From: an uncultured Muribaculaceae bacterium
Lineage (GTDB): Bacteria > Bacillota_I > Bacilli_A > RF39 > UBA660
DNA length: 47,126 bases
Assembly: GCA_964369245.1 (NCBI GenBank)
Contig: CAYJEL010000001.1
Location: 1-47,126 of the forward strand
Reading direction: 5' to 3'
Shown here in pieces: positions 27,432 through 35,981 of the stretch. Both the position numbers and the translations under genes were made by a program. How positions within the stretch are numbered: position 1 is the stretch's first letter; the number at the start of each line of letters is the position of its first letter. Below the pieces are notes generated by a model. That model did not search any database. It was not told the DNA's origin and saw only the letters and a list, made by a program, of their open reading frames with translations.

Positions 27432-28340
27432 ATGAAAAAAGTATTACTTTTAATTTTGGTTATTATTATAGTTCCATATTTAATTATTGATACTTTTATT
27501 AAAAAAGATGATATAAATTTCATCTATACTAGTAATATGTATATTAGTGTTTATCGTGAAGAAATAAATGAAATTGAAAAGGTATATTTTGAAGAATATA
27601 TAATTGGAGTTTTAGCTGGTGAAATGCCTATTAGTTTTGAAATGGAAGCTTTAAAAGCACAAGCTGTTGCTGCAAGGAGTTATGTTTTAAAACAAATGGA
27701 ATATAATAATGAACTTGAATATGATGTTGTAGATACTGTTAAAAATCAAGTGTATTTGGATGATAATTATCTAAAAGATGTTTGGGGAGAAAAGTATAAT
27801 GAATATATTTTGAAGTTAAAAAAAGCAGTAAATGATACGGCATATGAATATTTAGAATATAATGGTAATGTTGCTGAGGCTTTATTTTTTTCAACAAGTG
27901 TTGGATATACTGAAAATAGTGAGGAAGTTTTTTCTTCTTCGGTTCCCTATTTAAGAAGTGTTAGTTCTAGTTGGGATGAAATTTCTCCATCATATGAAAT
28001 TGAGAAAGTATTTAGTAAAAATGAGTTTTTTTCGTTATTAAATTTAGAAGTTAATGATTTAGAAGTTGAAATTATAGATCAAACTAGCACGGGGAGAATT
28101 AATGAGCTTTTAATCAACGATTCATTATATACTGATAGTGAAATCATTGCTCTTTTTGGTTTAAAATCTAATCATATTACTTTTGAAGAAGTTAATGATA
28201 ATATACATATTACAACAAAAGGGTATGGTCATGGAGTGGGGATGAGCCAATATGGAGCTCAAGGTTTAGCTTTAGAAGGTTATGATTATAAGTATATATT
28301 AAATCACTATTATAATGGTACTACTTTAAAAAAATTGTAA
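27432..28340 (+). CDS. spoIID: Stage II sporulation protein D (SpoIID/LytB-domain lytic transglycosylase)
   Basis: N-terminal anchor plus EALKAQAVAARSY, FFSTSVGYTE and GYGHGVGMSQYGA. Confidence 0.85.
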   Translation: MKKVLLLILVIIIVPYLIIDTFIKKDDINFIYTSNMYISVYREEINEIEKVYFEEYIIGVLAGEMPISFEMEALKAQAVAARSYVLKQMEYNNELEYDVVDTVKNQVYLDDNYLKDVWGEKYNEYILKLKKAVNDTAYEYLEYNGNVAEALFFSTSVGYTENSEEVFSSSVPYLRSVSSSWDEISPSYEIEKVFSKNEFFSLLNLEVNDLEVEIIDQTSTGRINELLINDSLYTDSEIIALFGLKSNHITFEEVNDNIHITTKGYGHGVGMSQYGAQGLALEGYDYKYILNHYYNGTTLKKL

Positions 28341-28391
28341 TTTATGTATATTTTTTAAATATTCATCCAAAATGTTTGTAGAGGTGGATGA

Positions 28392-29015
28392 ATGAAAAAA
28401 TTAAAATTTAAGAAATCTGTAATTTATGCATTTTATGGATTAGCTGTAGTAATGTTGTTTGGAACTATTTATTTAGTAGGAATTATTTCTACTCCTTTAG
28501 CAGATGATGACTTGGATTATGTTGATGATTTGGAATTGGAAAGAGAAATACCAGTTGTATCAGAAGTTGATAAATTAATTAGACCATATGTTTCCAGTAA
28601 TGTATCTTTAGCTCGTAATTTTTATGATTATTTAGATACTATGGAAATACAGAGTAATGCATTGATTTATTATGATGGAACATATATACCTAACTCAGGT
28701 GTTGATTACAAAAGTGATGAAATATTTGATGTCGTTGCTGTTTATGATGGTGTAGTTAGTAAAATTACTGAAAATACATTACTAGGTAAAATCATTGAGA
28801 TAACTCATGAAAATAATTTAATAACTGTTTATCAAAGTTTAAGTGAAACTAGTGTTGTTGAAGGTGATAATGTTTTACAAGGACAAGCTATTGGTAAAAG
28901 TGGAAGTGCAAATATATCTCCTGATTTAGGAAATCATTTACACTTTGAAGTTATTTTAAATGGAATTAATATTAATCCAGAAAATATTTTCGATAAAACA
29001 TTAGAAGAGTTGTAA
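28392..29015 (+). CDS. Membrane-anchored LytM/M23-domain protein, SpoIIQ-like
   Basis: N-terminal TM segment and a C-terminal M23 domain (…NSGVDY…G.V…TVYQSLS…QGQAIGKSG…GNHLHFEV). Lies between spoIID and spoIIID, as in clostridial spoIIQ loci. Confidence 0.6.
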   Translation: MKKLKFKKSVIYAFYGLAVVMLFGTIYLVGIISTPLADDDLDYVDDLELEREIPVVSEVDKLIRPYVSSNVSLARNFYDYLDTMEIQSNALIYYDGTYIPNSGVDYKSDEIFDVVAVYDGVVSKITENTLLGKIIEITHENNLITVYQSLSETSVVEGDNVLQGQAIGKSGSANISPDLGNHLHFEVILNGININPENIFDKTLEEL

Positions 29016-29026
29016 TACTCTTTTTT
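29005..29026 (+). terminator. Rho-independent terminator overlapping the stop codon
   Basis: AAGAGT-tgtaat-ACTCTT followed by TTTT. Confidence 0.5.
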
Positions 29027-29072
29027 GGTATAAAGTTAGCCCCTTTTTATATAATTTAATAAGAGGTGCTAA

Positions 29073-29321
29073 GTGAATAAAAAAATAATTGATAGAATAA
29101 ATTTGGAAGTAAATCATATTTTAAATACCCATGAGACTTTAAGAGAAATGGCTAAAATTTTTAAAATATCTAAAAGTACAGTTCATAAAGATTTACATGA
29201 ACGATTAAAAGAAATTGATGAAGAAAAGTATTTATTGGTGGATGAAATTTTATCATATCATAAGGAAGTAAGACACATCAGAGGTGGGGAATCAACAAAG
29301 AAAAAATATTTAAAATTATAG
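29073..29321 (+). CDS. spoIIID: Sporulation transcriptional regulator SpoIIID
   Basis: …SKSTVHKDL.ERL..I……EIL.YHK..RH.RGGE.TK.KY closely parallels B. subtilis SpoIIID. GTG start after AGAGGTG. Confidence 0.88.
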   Translation: MNKKIIDRINLEVNHILNTHETLREMAKIFKISKSTVHKDLHERLKEIDEEKYLLVDEILSYHKEVRHIRGGESTKKKYLKL

Positions 29322-29371
29322 ATATTTTCATCAATAATATGTTATAATGATTAAGAAGAGATGGTGATATA

Positions 29372-30361
29372 ATGTTTGCTAAAGATATAGGAATTGATTT
29401 AGGAACTGCTAATGTTTTAATATATATTAAAGGTGAAGGAGTAGTTTTAAATGAACCTAGTGTTGTAGCTATTGATGTGGAAACAAAAAGGGCAGTTGCA
29501 GTAGGTAGTGAAGCAAGGGAAATGCTTGGGAGAACTCCTGGTTCTGTTGTAGCAATTAGACCTATGAAAGATGGAGTTATTGCTGATTTTGAAGTTACTG
29601 AGATAATGTTAAATCACTTTATAAGAAAAATTAATGGAAGGGGTTTTTTCTCTCGTCCACGTATTTTAATATGTTGCCCATCTAATATAACTCAAGTTGA
29701 AAAAAATGCTATAAAAGAAGCTGCTGAAAGAACTGGAGCTAAAAAGGTATTTTTAGAAGAAGAGCCTAAAGTTGCAGCTGTTGGTGCTGGAATGGATATT
29801 TCTAAACCTAGTGGTAATATGGTTATAGATGTTGGTGGTGGAACTACTGATATCGCGGTATTATCGATGGGTGGAATTGTTACAAGTGCTTCAATTAAAA
29901 TAGCAGGTAATGTTTTTGATTTAGATATAATTAAATATATTAAAGATAAGTATAAATTATTAATTGGTGATAGAACTGCTGAAGAGATTAAGACTACAGT
30001 TGGAACAGTTTTTATTGGTAATAAAAAAGAAAAAATGAAAGTAAGAGGTCGTGATTTAGTTACTGGTTTACCTCATACGGTTACAATATCTTCTGATGAG
30101 GTTGAAGAAGCTTTAAGAGAAAGTATTTATGTTTTAATTCAAAATGCTAAAGCTGTTTTAGAACAAACGCCTCCAGAGCTATCGGCTGATATTATTGATA
30201 AAGGTATTGTTATTACTGGTGGTGGTGCTTTAATTGATGGGTTTGATAAGTTGCTTGCTCATGAATTAAAAGTTCCGGTATTTGTTGCTGAAAGTCCTTT
30301 AACTTGTGTAGCTGAGGGAACTGGTATTTTATTAGATAATTTGCACTTAATTGATAAATAA
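29372..30361 (+). CDS. mreB: Rod-shape-determining actin homologue, MreB/Mbl family
   Basis: DIGIDLGTANVL, MKDGVIADF, IDVGGGTTD and ITGGGAL. Its position after spoIIID matches B. subtilis mbl. Confidence 0.92.
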   Translation: MFAKDIGIDLGTANVLIYIKGEGVVLNEPSVVAIDVETKRAVAVGSEAREMLGRTPGSVVAIRPMKDGVIADFEVTEIMLNHFIRKINGRGFFSRPRILICCPSNITQVEKNAIKEAAERTGAKKVFLEEEPKVAAVGAGMDISKPSGNMVIDVGGGTTDIAVLSMGGIVTSASIKIAGNVFDLDIIKYIKDKYKLLIGDRTAEEIKTTVGTVFIGNKKEKMKVRGRDLVTGLPHTVTISSDEVEEALRESIYVLIQNAKAVLEQTPPELSADIIDKGIVITGGGALIDGFDKLLAHELKVPVFVAESPLTCVAEGTGILLDNLHLIDK

Positions 30362-30409
30362 CATTTTATATGTTATTTTTTTGTGTTATACTTATTATGG
30401 TGAAGTAAA

Positions 30410-30838
30410 ATGAAAAGAGAATTTTGTGCCTCTGTATTTGTTGTAAATCCTGTGGATAAAAAAATATTATTATGTTTTCATAAGGATTTTCAAAAATGGG
30501 TTCAACCAGGTGGACATATCGATAAAGATGAATTACCAGAAGAAACTGCTATTAGAGAAGCTTATGAAGAAACTGGTATTAGAATTAAGTTAATTGGAGA
30601 AAGATTTCCTCGTGAGGATGATTTTTTAAGACCTTTAGCTATTCAAAAAAATAGAAGCAGTGAAGTTATTCATGTTGATATCACATATGTTGGTGTACCT
30701 TTGAATCAAGATGTTGTTAAAATTGATGATGAGATATTAAAATATAGATGGTTTACTCGTGAAGAGTTAGATGAATATGATGTATTTCAAGATATAAAAA
30801 TAAGTTATGATTATATTGTTAAAAATATAATTAAATAA
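30410..30838 (+). CDS. NUDIX hydrolase
   Basis: Nudix box GGHIDKDELPEETAIREAYEETGI. Confidence 0.85.
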   Translation: MKREFCASVFVVNPVDKKILLCFHKDFQKWVQPGGHIDKDELPEETAIREAYEETGIRIKLIGERFPREDDFLRPLAIQKNRSSEVIHVDITYVGVPLNQDVVKIDDEILKYRWFTREELDEYDVFQDIKISYDYIVKNIIK

Positions 30839-30851
30839 CTTTTTTTTATTT

Positions 30852-30883
30852 GTCATAATAAAGTCACTTTTAATTGTTATAAT
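30852..30883 (+). promoter_or_regulatory. Activator-type promoter of the ABC/FtsX operon: direct repeat GTCA-N7-GTCA replacing the -35, plus extended -10 TGTTATAAT
   Basis: GTCA at 30852 and 30863 (11-bp period). TGnTATAAT at 30875-30883. No recognisable -35 hexamer. Confidence 0.35.
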
Positions 30884-30902
30884 GTTAATGAGGAGAGATT
30901 TT

Positions 30903-31592
30903 ATGGAAATATTGAAAGTAAAAAATTTAGTTAAAACTTATGGTGAGGGAGATAATTGTGTTAGAGCAGTTGATGATATTTCTTTTACTGTGGATAAGGG
31001 TGAATTCGTAGCCATTGTAGGAGCTTCTGGGAGTGGTAAGTCAACTTTATTACATTTAATTGGTGGTGTGGATAAACCTACAGGTGGAAAAGTATTTATT
31101 GATGGAACTGATATTTATAATTTGAAGCAAGATAAATTAGCAATTTTTAGAAGAAGACAAGTTGGTTTGATTTATCAGTTTTATAATTTGATTCCTATAT
31201 TAACTGTTTTGGAAAATATAACTTTACCTGCGGATTTAGATGGAAAAGAAATGGATTTATCTAATCTATCTGAAATCTTAAAAACTTTGGATTTAGAAAA
31301 TAGAAAAAATCATTTACCTAATCAGTTATCTGGTGGACAACAACAAAGAGTTTCGATTGGTAGGGCTTTAATTAATAATCCGGCTATAGTTTTAGCTGAT
31401 GAGCCGACTGGTAATTTGGATAGTAAAAATTCAGAAGAAATTGTAACTTTACTAAAAATGTCTAATAAAAAGTATAAGCAAACAATAATTATGATAACTC
31501 ATGATATGGAAATAGCTTCAGTAGCTGATAGAATTATTACAATTGATGATGGTAAAATAGTTAAGGATAGTAAATATGAAGATATTAAGTAA
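30903..31592 (+). CDS. ABC transporter ATP-binding protein (MacB/BceA-type)
   Basis: GASGSGKSTL, LSGGQQQRV, LADEPTGNLD and ITHD. ATG 6 nt after GAGGAGAG. Confidence 0.92.
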   Translation: MEILKVKNLVKTYGEGDNCVRAVDDISFTVDKGEFVAIVGASGSGKSTLLHLIGGVDKPTGGKVFIDGTDIYNLKQDKLAIFRRRQVGLIYQFYNLIPILTVLENITLPADLDGKEMDLSNLSEILKTLDLENRKNHLPNQLSGGQQQRVSIGRALINNPAIVLADEPTGNLDSKNSEEIVTLLKMSNKKYKQTIIMITHDMEIASVADRIITIDDGKIVKDSKYEDIK

Positions 31593-34068
31593 GTTAACTG
31601 TTAAAAATTTAAAATTGAATAAAACAAGAACAATTGTAACGATTGTTGGTATTATGTTATCTTGTGCTTTAATAACTGGTTTAGCTGGTTTAATTACAAG
31701 TTTTTTAGAAACTTCGGTGCAAGCGGCAATTAATGATTATGGACATCGTCATGTTACTTTTTATGATGTTCCTAAGGATGAATTAAAATATATTATGAAT
31801 CATAATGATGTTGAAAGTTTTTATTTGACTGAAAATTTAGGTTATAGTATTTTAGAAAATTCAAATAATTATTATAAACCTTATTTAAATTTAGTTGGTA
31901 TGAATAGTGATAGTTTAAATTCTGTTGTAAAGTTAATAGATGGAAGATTACCACTTAATTCTAATGAAATTGTAATTAGTGAGCATATTTCTTATGATGC
32001 TTTAGTTGATTATAAGATCGGTGATGTTATTACTTTAAATTTAGGTAATAGATATTTGGATGATGAGATTATTAATCAAAAAGATTTGTATACTGATTTA
32101 GAAGTTTTTGTTGGAGATAAGAGTAATTCTTATACTGTTGTAGGAATTATGGAAAGATCTTATATTGAAGATTATTCAGCACCTGGATATACTATTGTAA
32201 CTAAAAGTGATGATGTTGTTAGAGGGGCAGATATATCTGTTTATTATAAAAATTCTAATGATTTTATGGAAGTAACTATGCAAATTAATGAAATGAAAAA
32301 TGATAGTGATGATGGTAAGTATGAGACTAGTTATAATAGTACTTTACTTGATTATCAAGGTAGTGGTTTATCTTCATCAACAATGAAGTCAATATACTTT
32401 GTTGGTGGAATAATTGCTTTTATTATTATTGTTACAAGTGTATTTTGTATTAGAAATTCATTTGCTATTTCAATAACTGAAAAAATTAAACAGTATGGGA
32501 TGTTAGCTAGTATGGGAGCTACAACGAAACAAATAAGAAAAAATGTTTTGTTTGAAGGTTTAATTTTAGGAATAATTGGAATTACTTTGGGGATTATTTT
32601 TGGGGTATTAGCTTGTTATATATTGATAATTATAGTTAATTCTTTATTGGCTATGAATCTTAATACAGAAATGATTTTTAGTGTTTCTTATGAGGCTATT
32701 GTAATTAGTGTTTTATTATCACTTGTTACTATTTACTTATCTTGTATTTCATCTGCTTATAAAGCTTCTAAAATAACTGAAATTGAAGCAATTAGGTCAA
32801 GTTCTGAAATTAAGTATAAAAAAATAAAAGCTCCTAAATTTATAAAAAAAATATTTGGAGTTTCTGCTTTAATTTCTTATAAAAATATGAAAAGAAATAA
32901 AAAGAAATTTAGAATTACAATTATTTCTTTAACTGTTAGTATTGCTACATTTATTTCTTTATTTTCTTTTTTAGATATTGGTTTTGGTACTATTGGTGAT
33001 TATTATAAAGATTTAGATTATAATATAATTGTATCTGAAACGGGTTTAACTGATGTTGATTCAAAATTATATGAAGGTATTTTAAATTCAGCGCATATTG
33101 AGAGTTATTCTTATATAAATGAGAAAGCATTCGAAGTTTCTGAAAAGTATTTTACTGTTGAAACTAGTGATGGTATGGAAAGTAGAATAACTATGATTAA
33201 TAGTGTTGGTGAGGAAGAATATTTGAGATATATTTCTTTACTTGGTTACTCATATGATGAAATAAAGGATAAAGGGATATTAATAAATACTGATGCTTTT
33301 GATAATACTGGAAAGCTTTTAGAAGGTATTAAGAATATCAAAGATGATGTTTATTATGTAGATGGATTTGTTAAAGAAGAACATTATCAATTAGAATTAG
33401 TAAAAACAGAAAAAGTTCCGATGGGAATGGAAGATAGGTATAATTCTAATTCACAAATTATTGTTAGTGATGAATTATTTTCTAAGATGAATAGTTCAAT
33501 TGAAATTGGTAATGGTGATATGTATATTAATTCTAGTAATGTAACGGAAACGGTTAAAATGATTAATACTTATGGTACTGATAATGAAATTGATCTTTAC
33601 GTTGTTAATATTGATGATGTTGTAAAAGAGATGAATTCGGTTATTTTAGTTGTATCTATTTTCTTATATGGATTTATAACAGTTATTACTTTAATTGGTT
33701 TAACAAGTATATTTAATACTATTACAACTAATATGAATTTAAGAAAAAATGAATTTGCGATGTTAAAATCAATTGGTATGAGTAAAAAAGAATTTAATAA
33801 AATGATTTTATTTGAAAGTAGTTTATATGGTTTAAAATCATTATTATATGGTTTACCACTTGGTTTATTAGGTGGATATTTAATGTTTATGGCTACTAAT
33901 GTTAATTCTGGAACTAGTGCAATTGCGACTGTTTATAGTTTTCCATTATTAGCGGTAATGATTTGTATAATTGGAGTATTTATTATTGTATTTGTGATTA
34001 TGAAATTTTCGATGAGTAGAATTAATAAACAAAATATTATTGAAACAATTAGAAATGAAAATGTTTAA
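31576..34068 (+). CDS. FtsX-family ABC permease with duplicated FtsX domains and large extracytoplasmic regions (BceB/YxdM-like)
   Basis: 830 aa. Two blocks of four hydrophobic helices, each preceded by a long hydrophilic segment. Overlaps the ATPase gene. Confidence 0.85.
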   Translation: MKILSKLTVKNLKLNKTRTIVTIVGIMLSCALITGLAGLITSFLETSVQAAINDYGHRHVTFYDVPKDELKYIMNHNDVESFYLTENLGYSILENSNNYYKPYLNLVGMNSDSLNSVVKLIDGRLPLNSNEIVISEHISYDALVDYKIGDVITLNLGNRYLDDEIINQKDLYTDLEVFVGDKSNSYTVVGIMERSYIEDYSAPGYTIVTKSDDVVRGADISVYYKNSNDFMEVTMQINEMKNDSDDGKYETSYNSTLLDYQGSGLSSSTMKSIYFVGGIIAFIIIVTSVFCIRNSFAISITEKIKQYGMLASMGATTKQIRKNVLFEGLILGIIGITLGIIFGVLACYILIIIVNSLLAMNLNTEMIFSVSYEAIVISVLLSLVTIYLSCISSAYKASKITEIEAIRSSSEIKYKKIKAPKFIKKIFGVSALISYKNMKRNKKKFRITIISLTVSIATFISLFSFLDIGFGTIGDYYKDLDYNIIVSETGLTDVDSKLYEGILNSAHIESYSYINEKAFEVSEKYFTVETSDGMESRITMINSVGEEEYLRYISLLGYSYDEIKDKGILINTDAFDNTGKLLEGIKNIKDDVYYVDGFVKEEHYQLELVKTEKVPMGMEDRYNSNSQIIVSDELFSKMNSSIEIGNGDMYINSSNVTETVKMINTYGTDNEIDLYVVNIDDVVKEMNSVILVVSIFLYGFITVITLIGLTSIFNTITTNMNLRKNEFAMLKSIGMSKKEFNKMILFESSLYGLKSLLYGLPLGLLGGYLMFMATNVNSGTSAIATVYSFPLLAVMICIIGVFIIVFVIMKFSMSRINKQNIIETIRNENV

Positions 34069-34088
34069 GAAGCTTACGGCTTCTTTTA
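34068..34088 (+). terminator. Hairpin AGAAGC-ttacg-GCTTCT plus short T run after the permease gene
   Basis: Direct read. Overlaps the TAA stop. Confidence 0.5.
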
Positions 34089-34097
34089 TGTTATAAT
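34089..34097 (+). promoter_or_regulatory. Extended -10 element (TGTTATAAT) upstream of the response regulator
   Basis: TGnTATAAT immediately after the hairpin, 16 nt before the ATG at 34114. Confidence 0.45.
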
Positions 34098-34113
34098 TTA
34101 GGTAGGTGATTTG

Positions 34114-34740
34114 ATGAAAAAAATATTACTTGTAGAAGATAATGAATCAATAGTTAAGGGATTAAAGTATTTACTTCAGAAGAATTATGTTTTTGATAGT
34201 GTTTTAAATTATGAAGATGCTTTAACTAAAATTAATAATAATTATGATTTGGTTATTTTAGATATTTCTTTACCTGATGGTAATGGTCTTGATTTAGCTA
34301 AATTAATTAAAACGCCGATATTATTTTTAAGTGCGAATGATTTAGAGGAAAATATAGTAAGGGGTTTAGAATTAGGTGAGGATTATTTGTTAAAACCTTT
34401 TCGTAATCAGGAATTATTAATGAGAATAGAAAAAATATTAAAAAGAAATGAAAGTAGTAAATTAATTTTTAAAGATTATGTTTTAGATAATGAGAAAATG
34501 AAATTATTTAAAGGTAGTGAAGAATTTTTTATAACACCTTTGGAATTTAAAATTATTAGTTTATTTTTTAATAATATTGGTAAGGTGGTAACAAGGGATA
34601 AAATTTTTTATATGATTAGTGTTGATAAATTTATTGAGGATAATACTTTAACTGTTTATGTAAAAAGAATTAGAAATAAGTTTGGTTTAGATGATATAAA
34701 AACTGTGAAAGGAATTGGGTATATTTTAGATGAAAATTAA
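34114..34740 (+). CDS. OmpR/PhoB-family response regulator
   Basis: Receiver domain (ILLVEDN, DLVILDISLPDG, LLKPF) and a winged-helix output domain (LTP.EFKI…, V..IR.K, GIGY). Confidence 0.9.
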   Translation: MKKILLVEDNESIVKGLKYLLQKNYVFDSVLNYEDALTKINNNYDLVILDISLPDGNGLDLAKLIKTPILFLSANDLEENIVRGLELGEDYLLKPFRNQELLMRIEKILKRNESSKLIFKDYVLDNEKMKLFKGSEEFFITPLEFKIISLFFNNIGKVVTRDKIFYMISVDKFIEDNTLTVYVKRIRNKFGLDDIKTVKGIGYILDEN

Positions 34741-35905
34741 ATATTTAGTGGTAATGATAATTTTTTGTTTATTAAATATAATAGTAACCTTTATAAATTA
34801 TGTAAATTATACTGAAACTTATAATGAGAAAATAATTGGTATCATTGATAAGGTTTTAACTTTTAATCCAGAACTTGATAGTTTAGAATTAATTAATATT
34901 TTACAAAGTGAAGATGTTATTGATGAAGATGTTTTGTCTAAGTACGGTTTTACAAAAGATGATTTAAATTTACTTAATAGTAATGTGTTTTCTGAAGTTA
35001 TAACTTTGAATTTTGTAATTTTTGTTATTGTGATAATGGTTATTTTTATATATGACATAAATAAAAGAAAAAGTCTTAAAAAAAATATAGATGAAATAAC
35101 TAATTATTTAAAAGAAATTAATAAAATGAATTATAAGTTAGAACTTAATACTAATTCTGAAGATGACTTTTCTAAATTAAAAAATGAAATATATAAAACG
35201 ACTATTAAATTAAAAGAGAGTTCTGAAATTTTGAAGGAAGATAAGATTTTATTAAAAAATAATATAGTTGATATTTCACATCAACTTAAAACTCCTTTAA
35301 CTTCTATTTCAATTATGTTAGATAATATAATTGATGATAAAGATATGGAAGAGAGTATAAGAGCAGAGTTTTTAAAAGATATAAAAGAAAAGATTATTAA
35401 TATAAATTTTTTAGTTTTAAATTTATTAAAATTATCTAAGTTTGATGCTAATGTTATTGAAATGAAAAAAGATAAAGTATTAGTGAGTGATATAATTGAT
35501 TGTTGTTTAAATAATTTAGAATTTTTAATATTTGAAAAAAATATTAAAATAGTTAAATCAGTTACTAAAGATATAGTTATTAATGTTGATTTTAATTGGC
35601 AAGTAGAGGCTTTAACTAATATTTTAAAAAATGCTATTGAACACTCATTTGCTGATGGTGTTATTGAAACTATAGTTAATGATAATAATTTTTATACTAA
35701 AGTGATTATTAAAGATAATGGTAGTGGAATTGAGAAAAAAGAATTGAAAAAAGTATTTAATAGGTTTTATAAGGGGAATAGTTCTAACAGTATTGGTGTT
35801 GGTCTTAATTTAGCGCAAACTATAATTAATAAGGATAATGGATTCATAAGTGTTCAATCTGATATAAATAAATGTACTAGTTTTGAGATAAAATATATGA
35901 AATAG
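34730..35905 (+). CDS. Sensor histidine kinase
   Basis: Two TM helices flank a loop of about 70 aa. H-box ISHQLKTPLT, N-box LKNAIEHS, and DNGSGI and GVGLNLA (G boxes). Confidence 0.88.
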   Translation: MKIKYLVVMIIFCLLNIIVTFINYVNYTETYNEKIIGIIDKVLTFNPELDSLELINILQSEDVIDEDVLSKYGFTKDDLNLLNSNVFSEVITLNFVIFVIVIMVIFIYDINKRKSLKKNIDEITNYLKEINKMNYKLELNTNSEDDFSKLKNEIYKTTIKLKESSEILKEDKILLKNNIVDISHQLKTPLTSISIMLDNIIDDKDMEESIRAEFLKDIKEKIININFLVLNLLKLSKFDANVIEMKKDKVLVSDIIDCCLNNLEFLIFEKNIKIVKSVTKDIVINVDFNWQVEALTNILKNAIEHSFADGVIETIVNDNNFYTKVIIKDNGSGIEKKELKKVFNRFYKGNSSNSIGVGLNLAQTIINKDNGFISVQSDINKCTSFEIKYMK

Positions 35906-35906
35906 T

Positions 35907-35934
35907 TTGAATATTTATAAAAGTGTGATAAAAT
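35907..35934 (+). promoter_or_regulatory. Promoter of the SPFH/zinc-ribbon operon (TTGAAT - 16 nt - TGaTAAAAT)
   Basis: -35 at 35907-35912 and extended -10 at 35926-35934. A leader hairpin ACATAA/TTATGT follows. Confidence 0.45.
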
Positions 35935-35981
35935 TAAATTGTAGACATAATATGGTTTATGTATAAGGAAAGAGGTTATTT

